Position numbers and translations under genes: made by a program. A stretch of DNA of 64,000 bases from Octopus vulgaris (Eukaryota), in assembly GCA_951406725.2 (NCBI GenBank), contig OX597816.1, positions 118,172,001 through 118,236,000 of the forward strand, in the 5' to 3' direction. Below, in pieces: positions 1-12,277 of this stretch (position 1 is its first letter; each line of letters begins with the position of its first letter). The notes under the pieces are model-generated. The model was not told the origin of the DNA, made no database searches, and worked only from the letters and a program-made list of their open reading frames with translations.

Positions 1-2210
1 AAGGAGTGGAGAGAGCGTGTCTCCCTGGAATATTCCTCTTCTAATGGGGATGTCTTTGGTTTTCATGAGTCCCTCTTTTGTTTGGAGGTGTAGGACTGTT
101 TGCCATTTATTCATAGAGTACTCTATGAATTTTATAAGGGTTGGTGCTACTTTGTTAATGGCTAGTGTTTCGAGGATCCATGTGTGGGGGATGCTATCAA
201 ACGCCTTTTTGTAGTCAATCCAGGCCATACTGAGGCCTTTCTTCTTTCTGTGGCTGTCTTCAGTTACGGCTTTATTAATCATTAGTTGATCTTTACAGCC
301 ATATGAGCCTTTGCGGCATCCTTTCTGCTCTTCTGGGAACAGTTTGTTTTCGTCCAGGTGCTTGTTCAGCCTTTGCGATATCACTGCAGTAAATGCCTTG
401 AACATAGTAGGGAGGCAGGTTATTGGTCTGTAGTTTTCTGGTTTTGTTGTTTCATTTGATTTGGGAATTAAGATGGTTTTCCCCTTCGTGAGCCATTCAG
501 GCATTGTCTCTGGCTCTGCTAGTATGCTGTTAAAGTTTTCAGCCAGCTTTTTGTGCATTCCTGTTAGATATTTCAACCAGAAGTTGGGGATCTTGTCATG
601 CCCAGGTGCCTTCCAGTTGCTTAGTTTTTGCAGTGCCTGGGTGACCTCTTCAGTTGTTATGGGGGTCCAAATTTGTTCTGATGCCGAGTTTGTTATTTTC
701 ATACTCCTTTTTTTGGCTGTTCGTTCGCCGACCATATTTCTTTCCAGAATTCTTCCAATTCTTCTGCCGTTGGTGCTGCAGTGACTTCTATTTTATTTTT
801 TCCCAGTTCTTGGTAGAACTTTTTGGGGTCGGAGTTGAACTTTTTGTTCTGTTCAAAGAAGCGTTGGCGTTTCTCGTACCGGCGGATCCTTTGAGCTTTG
901 ACAAGGATATCTTGCTTCAGCTTTTCTTTTATCTCCGGCAAATCTTTTTCTGTGATGTTATATTTGCGGAGCATTTTTGTTCTCTTTTTGTTGCTCAGTA
1001 GCGTTGCTTGTTTGCTGATCTTTTTGTTGCTCAGTAGCGTTGCTTGTTTGCTGATTTCATTAAGAATCGACAGGTCTTTTCTAATTTTTTTTATTTTGTT
1101 TTGGATGTTATTTATCCACAGGGTTTGTTTGGGTGGTGGTACTCCTGTTTGGGCGGGTTTGGGTGAGTATCCAGCTTCTTTTGTGGCTGCAGTGATATCA
1201 CATTTTTTTGTTTCAGTGGCTAGTTCAGTGACGGCTAGGTTTATGTTGTTTATAATTGGTGTTGTTATTGCGTTTATTTTTATTCTTGGGAGGTATGGTC
1301 GGTGGTCCATTTTGGGCTCTGTGGTTTTCAGTTCTTTGATTATTTTATTTTTTATATTATCATAATCATTAGGCTCCCCTTCGTTGTTTACATCGTGTTT
1401 GTTGGGAATGTTGCGTTTGTCTTCGTGTTTTACAATTTCAGTGTTTATATTATTGGGCATTGTTGTGTGGCTTCTATCTACATTTTCCTGGTGTATTTTT
1501 TCTTTTAAATGTTCTATTTCTATTTCTGATATTTTTTTGGCTTTGAGAATGTATCTTCGTACGTTAGCTAATTTATTAGGGTTCATTGCTGTATCCAAGT
1601 CTATATCTCTATTATTTTCCTTCCATATTTTATATGTATGTGTTGTTGTATTTTCATTTTTGGGGTAGAGCATTGCTGTGAAGTATGCGTGTAAGATAGA
1701 AATGTATTCCTCACGTGTCCATTTACGTCTTTTGGGTTTTATTTGCGGGACATGAGGTACAACGTCCGGCCCATTATTTTGACGGTCGTCATTTTCGTAG
1801 GGTACCGGTCCGTTTATTTCTGTTGTCACATTATTTCGCACGTGTAGTTTTTCGTACATTTTTTGTTGTAAGTTTAATGTACGTACCGCTCGATTGTTAT
1901 TCTTGGGTTGAATAGTATCGGTGGCATTTAATTTCTTCGTAGTTCCTTTGTACATGGTGTTTGAGGTCGGGGATGATCGTGTTGTTCCACGCATGTTTAC
2001 ATGTGTTGTGTTAGAGGTGGAGATAATATCGAGTCAAAATACATCATTTCGTTTCGAAAATAGTAATAAATTTCAATTAGTATTACTTACTCGGATATAG
2101 TCCAATTCTTTGTTAGTAAATCTTTGGCTCCATAGGGTGTCCTTGTTTTCGATGTTTGTGGATAGATTTCGGAGCTCTGTATTTTCCTTCTTACATCTTA
2201 AACGTTCCCC
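1..2210 (-). mobile_element. Dong/R4-clade non-LTR retrotransposon, 5' part (N-terminal domain plus start of RT), runs off the window start
   Basis: ORF 1994-699 contains RRKWTREEY and RIRRYEKRQRFFEQNKKF..KKFY. After a frameshift near 705 the minus strand reads NWKAPGHDKIPNFWLKY..ENYRPITCLPT..EQKGCRKGSYGCKDQL..AWIDYKKAFDSIPH..RRGIFQGDTLSP. The 5' end abuts a (TAA)n tract, the known target of Dong. Confidence 0.9.
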
Positions 2211-2241
<31 letters not shown>

Positions 2242-2253
2242 ACGTCCCCCTTA

Positions 2254-2307
<54 letters not shown>
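2211..2307. repeat. (TTA)n microsatellite, target of the LINE and of SINEs
   Basis: Read directly; interrupted once by aacgtccccc at 2241-2250. Confidence 0.95.
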
Positions 2308-2308
<1 letters not shown>

Positions 2309-2536
2309 GGCGGCGAGCTAGCAGAATCATTAAGCACACCAGGCAAAATGCTAAGCGACATTTCGTCCGTCTTCATGTTCTCAGTTCAAATTCTGCCGAG
2401 GTCCCCTTCCCCACGAATGTCAGGCCTTGTGCTTTTAGTAGAAAGGATTATTTGGATGATAAGGCAACGAACTAACAGAATCGTTAGTACACCAGGCAAA
2501 ATGTTTAGCGGCATTTTGTCTGTCTTCATGTTCTGA
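2308..2536 (+). mobile_element. Two truncated copies of a tRNA-headed SINE with (TTA)n tail (family A)
   Basis: Head aaggcggcgagctagcagaatc..ttctcagttcaaattctgccgaggtc and tail gccttgtgcttttagtagaaaggattatt. The same family recurs at about 6380, 11521, 11774, 21790, 31225, 33880, 47140 and 63742. Confidence 0.8.
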
Positions 2537-3940
2537 AGTGTTAGGCGCCAAGATTAACCAGGAGTAATCAGTAGGCCAACAGTTCGGCACCTAAACGAAA
2601 GGACCGTTTAAATTGCTCGGGATCTGGTTTGGCCCAGACCTTCAGGTGGACAAGAACGCGGGGGAGGTGACGAGCGGGGTGGTCAGTCTTACCCAGAAAT
2701 GGGCAGAGAGGAAGCTGTTCCTGGGGGGTCGGGCAGAGGTGGTGAATGTGTACATAGCTTCTGTCATTTATTATCGCCTGATCGTCGTCTCTTACCCAGC
2801 TTCCTGACGGATCAAGCTGGAGCGCTTACTCTTCTGCTTTCTGTGCAAGGGACGTGTTCCGCTCGTCAGTAGCCGCTGAGTGGAGGACTGGGCATGCCAT
2901 GGCTAATGATGCGCTGAGGTAGCGACATTTCCAACGTTTCCTTAGTGGTAAGCAGGTGTGGTCACCGTTTGTCAGATGGGATTTTCCGTAGCTCGTCTCA
3001 TTGACGGAGCTACAGTCCTGGATCAAGTATGAACCGAGAAAGGGCGCTTGGCATCTGGAGTGTCGGCAAGCGCTCACAGTCCTCTACCAGTCGGATAATG
3101 CTGTAAGTGGAAGTTTCACATTGGAGTTCTATAGGGGATTAGTGACGGGCAAGAGCGACGACGTCGTCAGGGAAGCACTAGGTATCAGGAAAGATCAATT
3201 AGCTGGTCTTTTCCAGGGGACTTTTGGGTCGTAGCCTATGGATAATTTCTAGAAATCCCTGGCCTAGTAGTGCTGCCAGTTCGAGACAAGCTCCACAGAC
3301 TCAGAAGTACTGTCAGACGGACTTGTTCGAGATATGCGCAGGGCGATGAAACAGTTTTGTGTGCACTCATCCAATGTCCGGGTGTTACTGACACGTGGAG
3401 CTTTGTCGAACAGCTGTTGAAGCGTATAGGACGTACCCTGTTATCAAGCGAACCAATCGTGAGGATCGCCCCGCTATCTTCTTTTGGTCAAGAAAGGGGG
3501 GCAGTTTTCTTTTGTCTGGTGACTGTAGCGAAAGAGGTTGAAAGAACTGAAGACAGATACTGTTCTCTTCAGCCAAGCCTTCATCAACTTTTCAGTTTCT
3601 AATTTAAAAGGAAAGTGAAGGTGGAGAGGGAAGTTGTTACCCTGGTGTTTTTGTTGAAAGATGGGTGAAGGTATCGAGGGTGGCCCGTGTGAATGGGCCT
3701 ACTCTTAGCATACACGTGCAGGCCAAGGGGGCTGAGGAGGAGAGAGGTGTCGAGATGACCAGGTTGTGTGGAGTTCCTAGGTCGACCCTGGGTGGAACCC
3801 TACCTCTTTTGGTGGAATTTTATTGTTAAATTTTTGTTTCCATTGTATACACGTATTTTTGTCCTAAGTCCCACTTGTCCTTTGTTTTGTATTGTCCCTT
3901 CTTGTTTTGCTTTCGGCCCTAGTTGCCAATAAAGACAAGA
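2537..3940 (+). mobile_element. L1/Tx1-clade LINE, degenerate 3' fragment of ORF2
   Basis: KLLGIWFGPDLQ..KWAERKL..GRAEVVNVYIASVIYYRL; zf-RVT-like LPVRDKL..C..ETVLCALIQCP; AATAAA near 3928 followed by a (TTA)n tail; several stops and frameshifts. Confidence 0.8.
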
Positions 3941-3967
3941 TTATTATCATTATTATAAAAAAATGAA

Positions 3968-4010
<43 letters not shown>

Positions 4011-6380
4011 GAGTAGAGTCGATAAGGTTTTGTAAAAAAATAGTGATAGCGAATTCTAGAAAAGAAGGAGACCCACTATTAGGAACCTGGAAGAGGCTCT
4101 TAAGAAAGGTTTAGTGACTTATGAGCTGTCCATAAGATTGGTCCTTGACTAATTATTCACAAAGATTGCGTTATCAGAGCATGATTTAAGGCATGAAGGT
4201 ATGAAAACCGTATGATGGGGTGGTGCAACATGGGAACAAAGTTACAATTCGGTCTTTGATATGTGTGTGGCTTTTCACCAGCACTTTACTCAACTGTTCA
4301 GCGCAGCTAATCGGAAACTGAGTTGGACTTTACTACCCACCTCGACAACTCTAGACTCTCGATTGGGGATGCAGAGTTCTGCAAAAGGCTTCTAACAGTT
4401 GATGAAGTTAATGGTATCTGAACGGGTGAGAAGTCGTTGGGGTTGGATGGTCTTCCCTATGAGCTTTATCTTTATATACCAGACTTATTCGAACAACCTC
4501 TTGGCACATATCTACAACGACAGGCATCAGAATTCTTAGTCTGTGAAACGAGATGTGGTGGTGTGCTACTATTGCTGTTGCTGCTGCTGTTGAGCGAAGC
4601 GGTCTTCGTCCCAGTGGGAGAAGTCCGAAACGTGGTCCTTTGCTATTCGTAAGACCCGCAGAAGAGAAAGCAGGTCAACCCCCGACACCGAGAGCATCGA
4701 CGGATGGACGAATGCGCATCCAGGCTCAGCGGTTGCGTAGGCAGTCGGGGACAAGAAACAGGAAGAAAGAGTGAGAGAAAGTTGGAGCGAAAGAGTACAA
4801 CAGGGGCCGAGTGGAGCTTTAGGTGTTTTCGCTCAATAAACCCACACAACGCCCGGTCTGGGAATCGAAACCGCGATCCTCCGACCGCGAGTCCGCTGCC
4901 CTAACCATTAGGCCATTGTGCCTCCACTGAAAGAGTCAGCAGAAGTTTCGCCATTACCTTCTGCCGGAACCGCGTGGAGCTCATAAACACACACATCACC
5001 CGGTCTGAGATTCGAACCCGCGATCCCTCGACCGCGAGTCCGCTGCTCTAACCACTAGGCCATGTGTGCTGTTGCTGCTGAGAAAGGTCCCAAATGCAGA
5101 GTGATTCTGACAACTTTAGGCACGGAACTTTGCTAAATACAGAGTTTAAGTTTTGGATTAAGGTGTTGGTGAAGAGGTTGACACTTGATATTCTGGTTGG
5201 TGGTGCACAGACATACACCGTACCAAATGGATTTATCCCCAAACAGCCTCCATTTCACGGGGTACATCATAGAAAGGGGAGATAAGGAACCTATAATGGG
5301 AGGAGCTCTGATTAATTTAGATCAGTTGAAAGCTTTCGAAATGATTGTCCATTAAAAATAGCAGGTGTCCTCATGGTGATTGGTTTGGTCCTGTCTTCAA
5401 CAGCTGGATTGCTGCAATGTACAACAACATCTGCTCGGTGGTCAAAGTAAACAATGTGTCGTCAAGTTCTCACAGTCCTCATCCAATCGGCAATGCGATT
5501 GGTAGTTCTACTTTGGCATCCTATATATATGTAGTGATATGCAAAAGCGACGATGTTCTTGAGAAGACTCAAGACATAAATGAGAAACAAGCTGGACTGT
5601 TCCAGAGAATTTTGGGACTGGAACCCATGGATAATTTCCAGAAATCTCTGGCTTGGTAGTGCTACCGAGGCCATTGTTGGTTCGAAGTAAAATCTCGTGG
5701 AAGTGCCTCTTGCTGGGCTTGCCCGAGAGGCATGCGTAGTGATAAAACTGTTCTGTAGGCATTCGTTCAATGTCCGAGAATTACCAACAAGTGGAGTTGT
5801 ATCGAACATCTGCTGTCATGAGTGGAAAAATACGACTATGAGCTGAGTCCATAGTGAAGATTGTTTTACCGTCTTCCTTTGTCCGAAAAGGACAGGCAGA
5901 GTTTATCTATCTGGTGGCCTTAGCAAAAGAGATTGTATGGTGAAAGAAACTGAAATCGTTGAAGTCAAACGCTTTCCTCATTGGCCAATCCCTCATCTAT
6001 TTTTCCAGATATTTCGTGAAAAAAATAAAGAGTGGAAAGGTAAGTATTACCTTCTAGCAAACTCTTTGAAAGATGGATGACAGTGGTATACATCGTCTGA
6101 ATGATTAGGCCTGCTTTGAACTTGCTCTTTTAGATTGAAGGATGACTGAAGTGGGAGGATATTTGCCTAAGAGGTCTGGGTAACTGTATATTTGTGTGTG
6201 GATTCTGCAAGTAGTCATCAGATATCTTCCCACTATTGGCGAACTTTTCATAGACAAAATTGTTTTGTTACTTCATTGTTTTTGTTGTAAGTCTATGTAC
6301 ATGTACAAATCCCTCTGTAGTTTTCAGTTTTGTATCAATGTCTTTTGTACTTTTGTAGGCTCTTGTGGCTAATAAACAAG
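4011..6380 (+). mobile_element. Second, more decayed L1/Tx1 ORF2 fragment interrupted by a dimeric SINE
   Basis: GLDGLPYELY, TLLNTEFK..LVKRL, INLDQLKAFE and FGPVFNSWIAAMYNNICSVVKVN; MDNFQKSLAW is shared with the first copy; AATAAA near 6372. Confidence 0.75.
4571..5068 (-). mobile_element. GC-rich dimeric tRNA-derived SINE
   Basis: Two tRNA-like heads (5068-4999 and 4927-4850) with A box TGGCCTA(G/A)TGG and B box GGTT(T)CGA(A/T)TC; (CAG/CAA)n tail at 4571-4592. Confidence 0.75.
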
Positions 6381-7157
6381 TAATCATTTGCATGCCAAGC
6401 AAAACGCTTAGCAGCATTTCGTCTGCCTTTACATTCTGATTTCAAATGCTGTGAAGGTCGACTTTGCCTTTTATCTTGTTGGGATATGTAAAATAAGTAC
6501 CAGTCGAGCCCTGGGATTGATGTAATTGACAAGCCCACACCCTCCAAGATTTCAGGCTTTGTGCCTGTAGTAGAAAGGATTATAATTCAACCAAGGTCAA
6601 CTTTGCCTTCCACCCTTTCAGGTTTGATGAAATAAAGTGTCAGTAAGCTACTCCAGTCGATGTAATCAACTAGCTCCTGCCCTTAAAATTGCTCATATGA
6701 ATTCAGCATTGTAGAAAAAGTTGATGAAGGCAAAATTTTGATAAATATAAACAGTTCAAAAGTCTAATAAATTGGTTTGCTATAATGATGAGGAAAAGTC
6801 CAATGTTTCAGTCAGTATCCTATGTAGGGGAGCGAGGCTTTCTGGTGGTACTGATTATGAACAAATTAGGATTAGGGAAAGAGAGAAAATTGCATGTGGA
6901 ATGTATTATACAGAATAAAATAAAGGATGTTATATGGTGACACATGTTGGACAGTAGAGAAGAGATAACCAGCAATAACAATTGCAATTTTGAAAGACAC
7001 AAAAGAAGAGAAACAAAAGCAGAGAAAGAGAAAGCAACAAAAAGATGATTATCACTATGGATTCCAGAAAATTCAAAAGTAAAGTGACAAATTTAGAAGA
7101 AAAAAAGGAAGAGAAAAGGGAGGCTAGAAGAAGAAAAAGAACATATTCCTATATATG

Positions 7158-7201
<44 letters not shown>

Positions 7202-7205
<4 letters not shown>

Positions 7206-7390
7206 GGGAAAGTTTACAAAAATAAACAAAAAGACGAAGACAGGTGGTGTACAAAACAAACAAATGTATTAGTATAGCGCTCAGGAATAGAAAAAGTCTT
7301 TTAAGTTTCGAACCTATGCTCTTCGACAGAAAGATACACAGAAAAAAAAAAGGAGAGAAAGAAATGCGTGTAGGAGCTAATGATCTCTAT
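7202..7390 (-). mobile_element. Short Penelope-type terminal-repeat fragment with a minimal hammerhead-like motif, inserted in (TA)n
   Basis: Minus strand reads TCTTT-CTGTCGA-A-GAGC-ATAG-GTTC-GAAA-C-TTA-AAAGA; flanked on both sides by (TA)n. Confidence 0.55.
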
Positions 7391-8935
7391 ATATATATAA
7401 CATATTAGCATGCTAAAGAGTCTGACATCAACTTGAGAATGAGGAGCATTTATCAACACTTGTAAGTAATGAGATTCTTAAAATAAAGATAAGGTATTTC
7501 TCTCTGCACTTGTGGGTATAGGGCAAGCATCATGTAAGATGATTCTACAAACTGGAAGGTGATTCATAGAGTTGCTTGGCGATCTGAAATGGGCAGCTAC
7601 TGGTTTGAAGAATTCCTGAGTGTTGTAACAAACATTAAATGTATTCATCGAAGTGATCACCTAGATGATGAAGCTACAGCATCCATACAGGAAGACAATC
7701 ATGAAGTTGATGTAAATGAACAACAAATGAATGAAATAACTGTAAAGGAACCTGACATGATATTTCAGGAATCTAAAGCAATTAACAATGGATATCAGCC
7801 CTAACATCTAACAAATCAAACAAGTTCAGCATAACTTGGACAAATCACTGTTCCTACAAGTAGGTGTATGCAGAGAAAAAGCAAGGAAAAGTAAGAGTGT
7901 TGTTGAAATGACCTTGGATAAGTATTTTTTTTATCGAAATAAATTTGTAAAAACATCTTTTTTTTTTATGTGTTCTCTAGTAAAACATACTGTTTCATTT
8001 CCAATAAACTATTGAATTATAAATGTATTTTTCTTAGATTTTCTATAGGACTAGTTTGTTAGTTACACAATCAGTGATTGTATGACACTGTATTTTCTAT
8101 AAACTACAAACGAGATCAGATCATGCCTGGCAAACGAGTGCCCACCACTGAAGTGATCCAATAAGATCAAAATCACGAGACCTGGTGGTTTTTGAGCTAG
8201 AGTGTCAGGAGTTCTCTCCTGCTTGCAATGAATATCAAGTGTGAAAGCGCACTAAATAACCAGCTGGAGGAGATGTCTTCCTGGGGTTAAAACAGCAGTA
8301 TTGTTGGTTCTTAGAGAACACCTGTGCTAAAATGGTGATAAACACTACCCTTTATTATTTTATTACTTTGAAATGGAATATAGTATTTAAAAAGTTTTTT
8401 TCTAAAATAGTTTCATTTAAGTATTTTGAAAATTCTTGGGCCAATAACTGCATGTCTTATTACCATGTTTAATTAGCATGGTCTTCGGTAGTGCAGCATT
8501 TTCTCAGAAACAATTAACTGTACTAACCAAGGAAGTGCTATTGTGTAGCTGCATACATTTGCTAAAATCCAATAATACAATTAAATACTCATAAAAAATA
8601 CTAATCACCTATGTAGATAATAAATCATACCTCCAAGTATGTGCTTAGCTTTGTAATATTTTTGTAATGATCCAAAGTTTTCAGTGGAGCCATTTTATTT
8701 TCAGTTACTGCTATCTTCAGATGTGATGGATTATGGAATGATGTCATAATAAAAAGAGATAGTATTTAATTTAAATTTTATCATACTTTGATCAAACTTC
8801 AGTTACAGATTTGTTTTCCCCTAAAATTTACTTTTAACAAATTGAACGAAAAGAAATAATCATGTGTCTATTTAACAAATCTATAAAATCCTTACACTTG
8901 CTCTGAAAGTGGAATCCTTACTTTTCATTTCAAAG

Positions 8936-9007
8936 GTTACCAGTTTATTGGACCCAATGTGCTGGTATTGTACAGAGTGGAGACACACACTCAGCACATT
9001 AAGTCAG
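8936..9007 (+). CDS. Candidate internal exon of an unidentified gene (VTSLLDPMCWYCTEWRHTLSTLSQ)
   Basis: Acceptor cttttcatttcaaag, donor CAG|gttggt, 72 nt, open in phase 0, non-repetitive. Confidence 0.45.
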
Positions 9008-9803
9008 GTTGGTAAATTTGTAATCTAAATTTCATTAGGTTATGACTTAAATGTAAAAGAAAGCAATTTTGTCTGTTTGTATCACATACATCTGCCTGAC
9101 TAAACTGTTTCTTTTTATTTATGACTGAGAGGCAGATGAGTCTACAATGGCACATGCTGTTCATTGAAGTGCTAAGTGCATTTTAAATAAGAGTTTGTCA
9201 TCTATTTTTTAAAAAAACTAAGAATTTATAGATCAGAATGACTCCAATGCCATTTCATGAATGTATGTTCTTTTTATTTATTTATTCATTAATTTATTTT
9301 CTAGCAAACATGACATCTGGTGTGGTTGGTTTATTCATGTTGTCACTGCTGCTCCCTGGAATAGATGCTGCTTTCTTGAATGCTGACACACAACAGCTGT
9401 GCTCCTACTTATGTAATATGTATGTATTACAGAATTAACTACCTTGTTCTAGATAAAGGTCCAATGTTTTTCAGGAGATTATGTAGAGTTATATAAACTG
9501 TCACTCATCCAGCTACAATAATAGATAATATGTTGATTTTCACTCACTTCCCAACGTTATCTTTCTCTCTCTCCTCAGTGACAACCAGTACAACTTTTTT
9601 TGTAGAACCAGATCTAAAGACCATACTTATGTAATTCAAGAATTATTATTATGTTGAAGCTTGGCGCAATCTCCTGGCTTGCTAGCTCCTTGTCAAACTA
9701 TCCAATCCATGCCAACATAGATGAATATTTTTCACCCCCATCATCTTCAAGTATCACTGGAAAAGGAAGATGATAGTAGAGAGAGTGGTGCTGCCTCCTA
9801 GTG

Positions 9804-10314
9804 CAGCACTCCACAACCAGTATGCCGCAGCACACTGGTGTGCCACGAGACTGTGCTAGGTGTGCCACAGTGTAACCTGAATATAACTTTTTTTCCCCTA
9901 TGCTTTTAGTCCAAGTGTGCTACTGAATTTTGAAAAGAATATAAGTGTACCATTATTATCATCGTCATTTAACGTCTGCTTTCTATGCTGTCATGGGTTG
10001 GGTGGTTTGAATGAGGACTGGCAAGCCAGAAGACTGTAATATGCTCCAGTCTGATCTGGCAAGGTTTCTACAGCCCTTCCTAATGCCAACCATTTCGAGA
10101 GTGTAGTGGGTGGTTTTTACATGCCACCAGCATAAGGGCCAGTCAAGCGGTACTGGCATCGACCACACTTGAATGGTGCTTTTTACATGCCACCAGCACG
10201 AGAGTCAGTCAGGCAGCACTGGCAACGACCATGCTAGAATGGTACTTTTTATGTGCCACCAGCACAGGAGCCAGTCAGGCAGCACTGGCAAGTGAAAAAG
10301 GTTGTTGAGCACTG
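9804..10314. mobile_element. hAT-type MITE with a nested SINE (about 9955-10290)
   Basis: TIRs cagcactccacaacc / ggttgttgagcactg; 8-bp TSD tcctagtg / ttctagtg. Confidence 0.7.
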
Positions 10315-10322
10315 TTCTAGTG

Positions 10323-10560
10323 TCTTCAACAAAAGATAGGTGGGAGTGGCAAGGCTGGTAAGGCTGAATGGGCCTACTCTCAGTATACATTTCTAAGTGG
10401 GAGGAAGGAAACAAAGAAAAGATACTTTTGTTGTCTTAGTTGTGACAGAGTAATCCAGGCTTTTGTGTGGGACTTCCCTCTAATTACTTTAAGTGGTCCT
10501 CCCACCAAATTAGAAACTTTTTTTCCTTGGCAATCTTTATTCTTTTGTATTTTTATCTTC
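10323..10560 (+). mobile_element. L1/Tx1 3' end fragment
   Basis: gaatgggcctactct..tatac matches the 3' end of the Tx1 copy at about 3690-3715. Confidence 0.55.
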
Positions 10561-10589
10561 TACATGTTCCAATCAATTTTGTTTGTAGT

Positions 10590-11180
10590 CATGCTGGGAT
10601 ACTGCTTTGAAGGGTTTTAGTTAAACAAATCTACCCAGGACCTATTTTTTAAAACCTGGTACTTATTCTATTGGTCTTTTTGCCAAACCACTAAGTTAGA
10701 GGGATATAAACACACCAATACTGTTTGATGAGCAATGGCGAGGGACAAACACAGACACAAAGACTTGTACACACACATCATCATCATCATTTAACGTCCG
10801 TTTTCCTTGCTAGCACGAGTTGGACAGTTCGACCGAGGACTGGGAAACCAGGAAGCTGCACCGAGCACCAATCTGATCTGGCAGTGTTTCTACAGCTGGA
10901 TGCCCTTCCTAACACCAACCACTCCATGAGTGTAGTGGGTGCTTTTTATGTGCTACCAGCACAGGAGCCAGAGGAGGCTGGCAACGGCCACAATCGGTCG
11001 GTGCTTTTTATGTGCCAATAGGCTTCTTTCAGTTTCCATCTACTGAATCCTCTCACAAAGCTTTGGTTGGCCCAAGGCTATAGCAGGAAACACTTGCCCA
11101 AGGTGCTACACGGTGGGACTGAGCCTGGGACCATGTGTTTGAGAAGCAAGCTTCTTACCAAACAGCCATGCCTGCACCTA
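10590..11180 (-). mobile_element. tRNA-derived SINE with a nested (CAT)n-tailed SINE (family B)
   Basis: Head-like cacttgcccaaggtgctacacggtgggactgagcc..cagccatgcctgcacct; nested catcatcatttaacgtccg..ctacagctggatgcccttcctaac at 10776-11020. Confidence 0.7.
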
Positions 11181-11488
11181 TTTTTAATCTGTCTTTTAAA
11201 AAAATGCTTCATTTTTACTTGATGTAAAGACCATTTTATGTGCATTTGATTTTTCATTTTTATATTTTACTCTATGTCTTGGGTTCTTGTAAGCAGTAAT
11301 AGAAATTGTCACTGCCATCATCAAAATTATTGTTATTATTATCATTATCAACATCATTATCATTGTTATTATTAGCAGCATTTCATCCATCTACACATTC
11401 CGAGTTCAAATTCAGCCAAATTTTGGCTTCCATCCTCTTTTTTTTTTTTTTTTTGGCAGGGAGGGGGTCAATAAAATAAGTACCAGTT

Positions 11489-11520
<32 letters not shown>

Positions 11521-11522
<2 letters not shown>

Positions 11523-12075
11523 GGTGGTGAGCTGACAGAATCATTAGCATGCCAGGCAAAATGCTTAACAGTATTTTGCCCATCATTACGTTCTGAGTTC
11601 CAATTCCACCAAGGTCAACTTTGCCTTGCAACCTTTCGGGTTTCAATAAAATAAGTACCAGTGGAGCACTAGAGTTGATGTAACTGACTAGTCCTTTCCC
11701 ACCAAATTTCAGGCCTTGTGCCTTTAGTAGAAAGGATTATTGTTATTATTATTATTATTATTTATTATTATTAAGGTGGTGAGCTGGCAGGATCATTAGC
11801 ATGCTGGGCAAAATGCTTGTGTCTTTACACTCTGAGTTTTGAGATTTACACCCCTCTCTGAAGTTGCTGGCCTCGTGTCAAAATTTGAAATCATTATTAT
11901 TATTATTATTAAGGTGTGACCTGGCAGAATCATTAGCATGCTGGGAAAAATGCTTAGTAGCATTATGTCCATTCTGAGTTCATATTCTGCTGAGGTCAAC
12001 TTTGCTTTTCATCCTTTAGAGGTCGATAAAATAAGTACCAGTTGAACACTGGGGTCATTGTAATCAACTAGTCTA
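11521..12075 (+). mobile_element. Tandem cluster of family A SINEs separated by (TTA)n
   Basis: Repeated aaggtggtgagctg(a/g)cag(a/g)atcattagcatgc heads and a ctttgc..ttcatccttt..ggtcgataaaataagtaccag core resembling the MetaSINE domain. Confidence 0.8.
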
Positions 12076-12100
12076 ATAATTATTATCATTATTATTCTAG

Positions 12101-12184
12101 AAACCAATGTCCAGACAGTTGCAGAATGCAAGTTGGTGTGAAGTGGTCACGAAGATCTCTCAACTCAGTTCTTCACTTCAAGAG
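12101..12184 (+). CDS. Candidate internal exon (KPMSRQLQNASWCEVVTKISQLSSSLQE)
   Basis: Acceptor attattctag, strong donor GAG|gtaagc, 84 nt, phase 0 at both ends, no stop. Confidence 0.5.
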
Positions 12185-12277
12185 GTAAGCAGCAACAGTG
12201 AAATAGTCACCCTCCTAACCCTTTCATCCAATTCACATGATATTCATTCTATCAACTTGTGATACATATGGGGGATG

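Noticed and set aside
17-1915. Several plus-strand ORFs of 65-155 aa
   Set aside because: Antisense shadows of the minus-strand LINE ORF.
4850-5068. Possible tRNA-Arg genes
   Set aside because: No complete acceptor stem; the heads continue into a SINE body and tail, so they are SINE heads.
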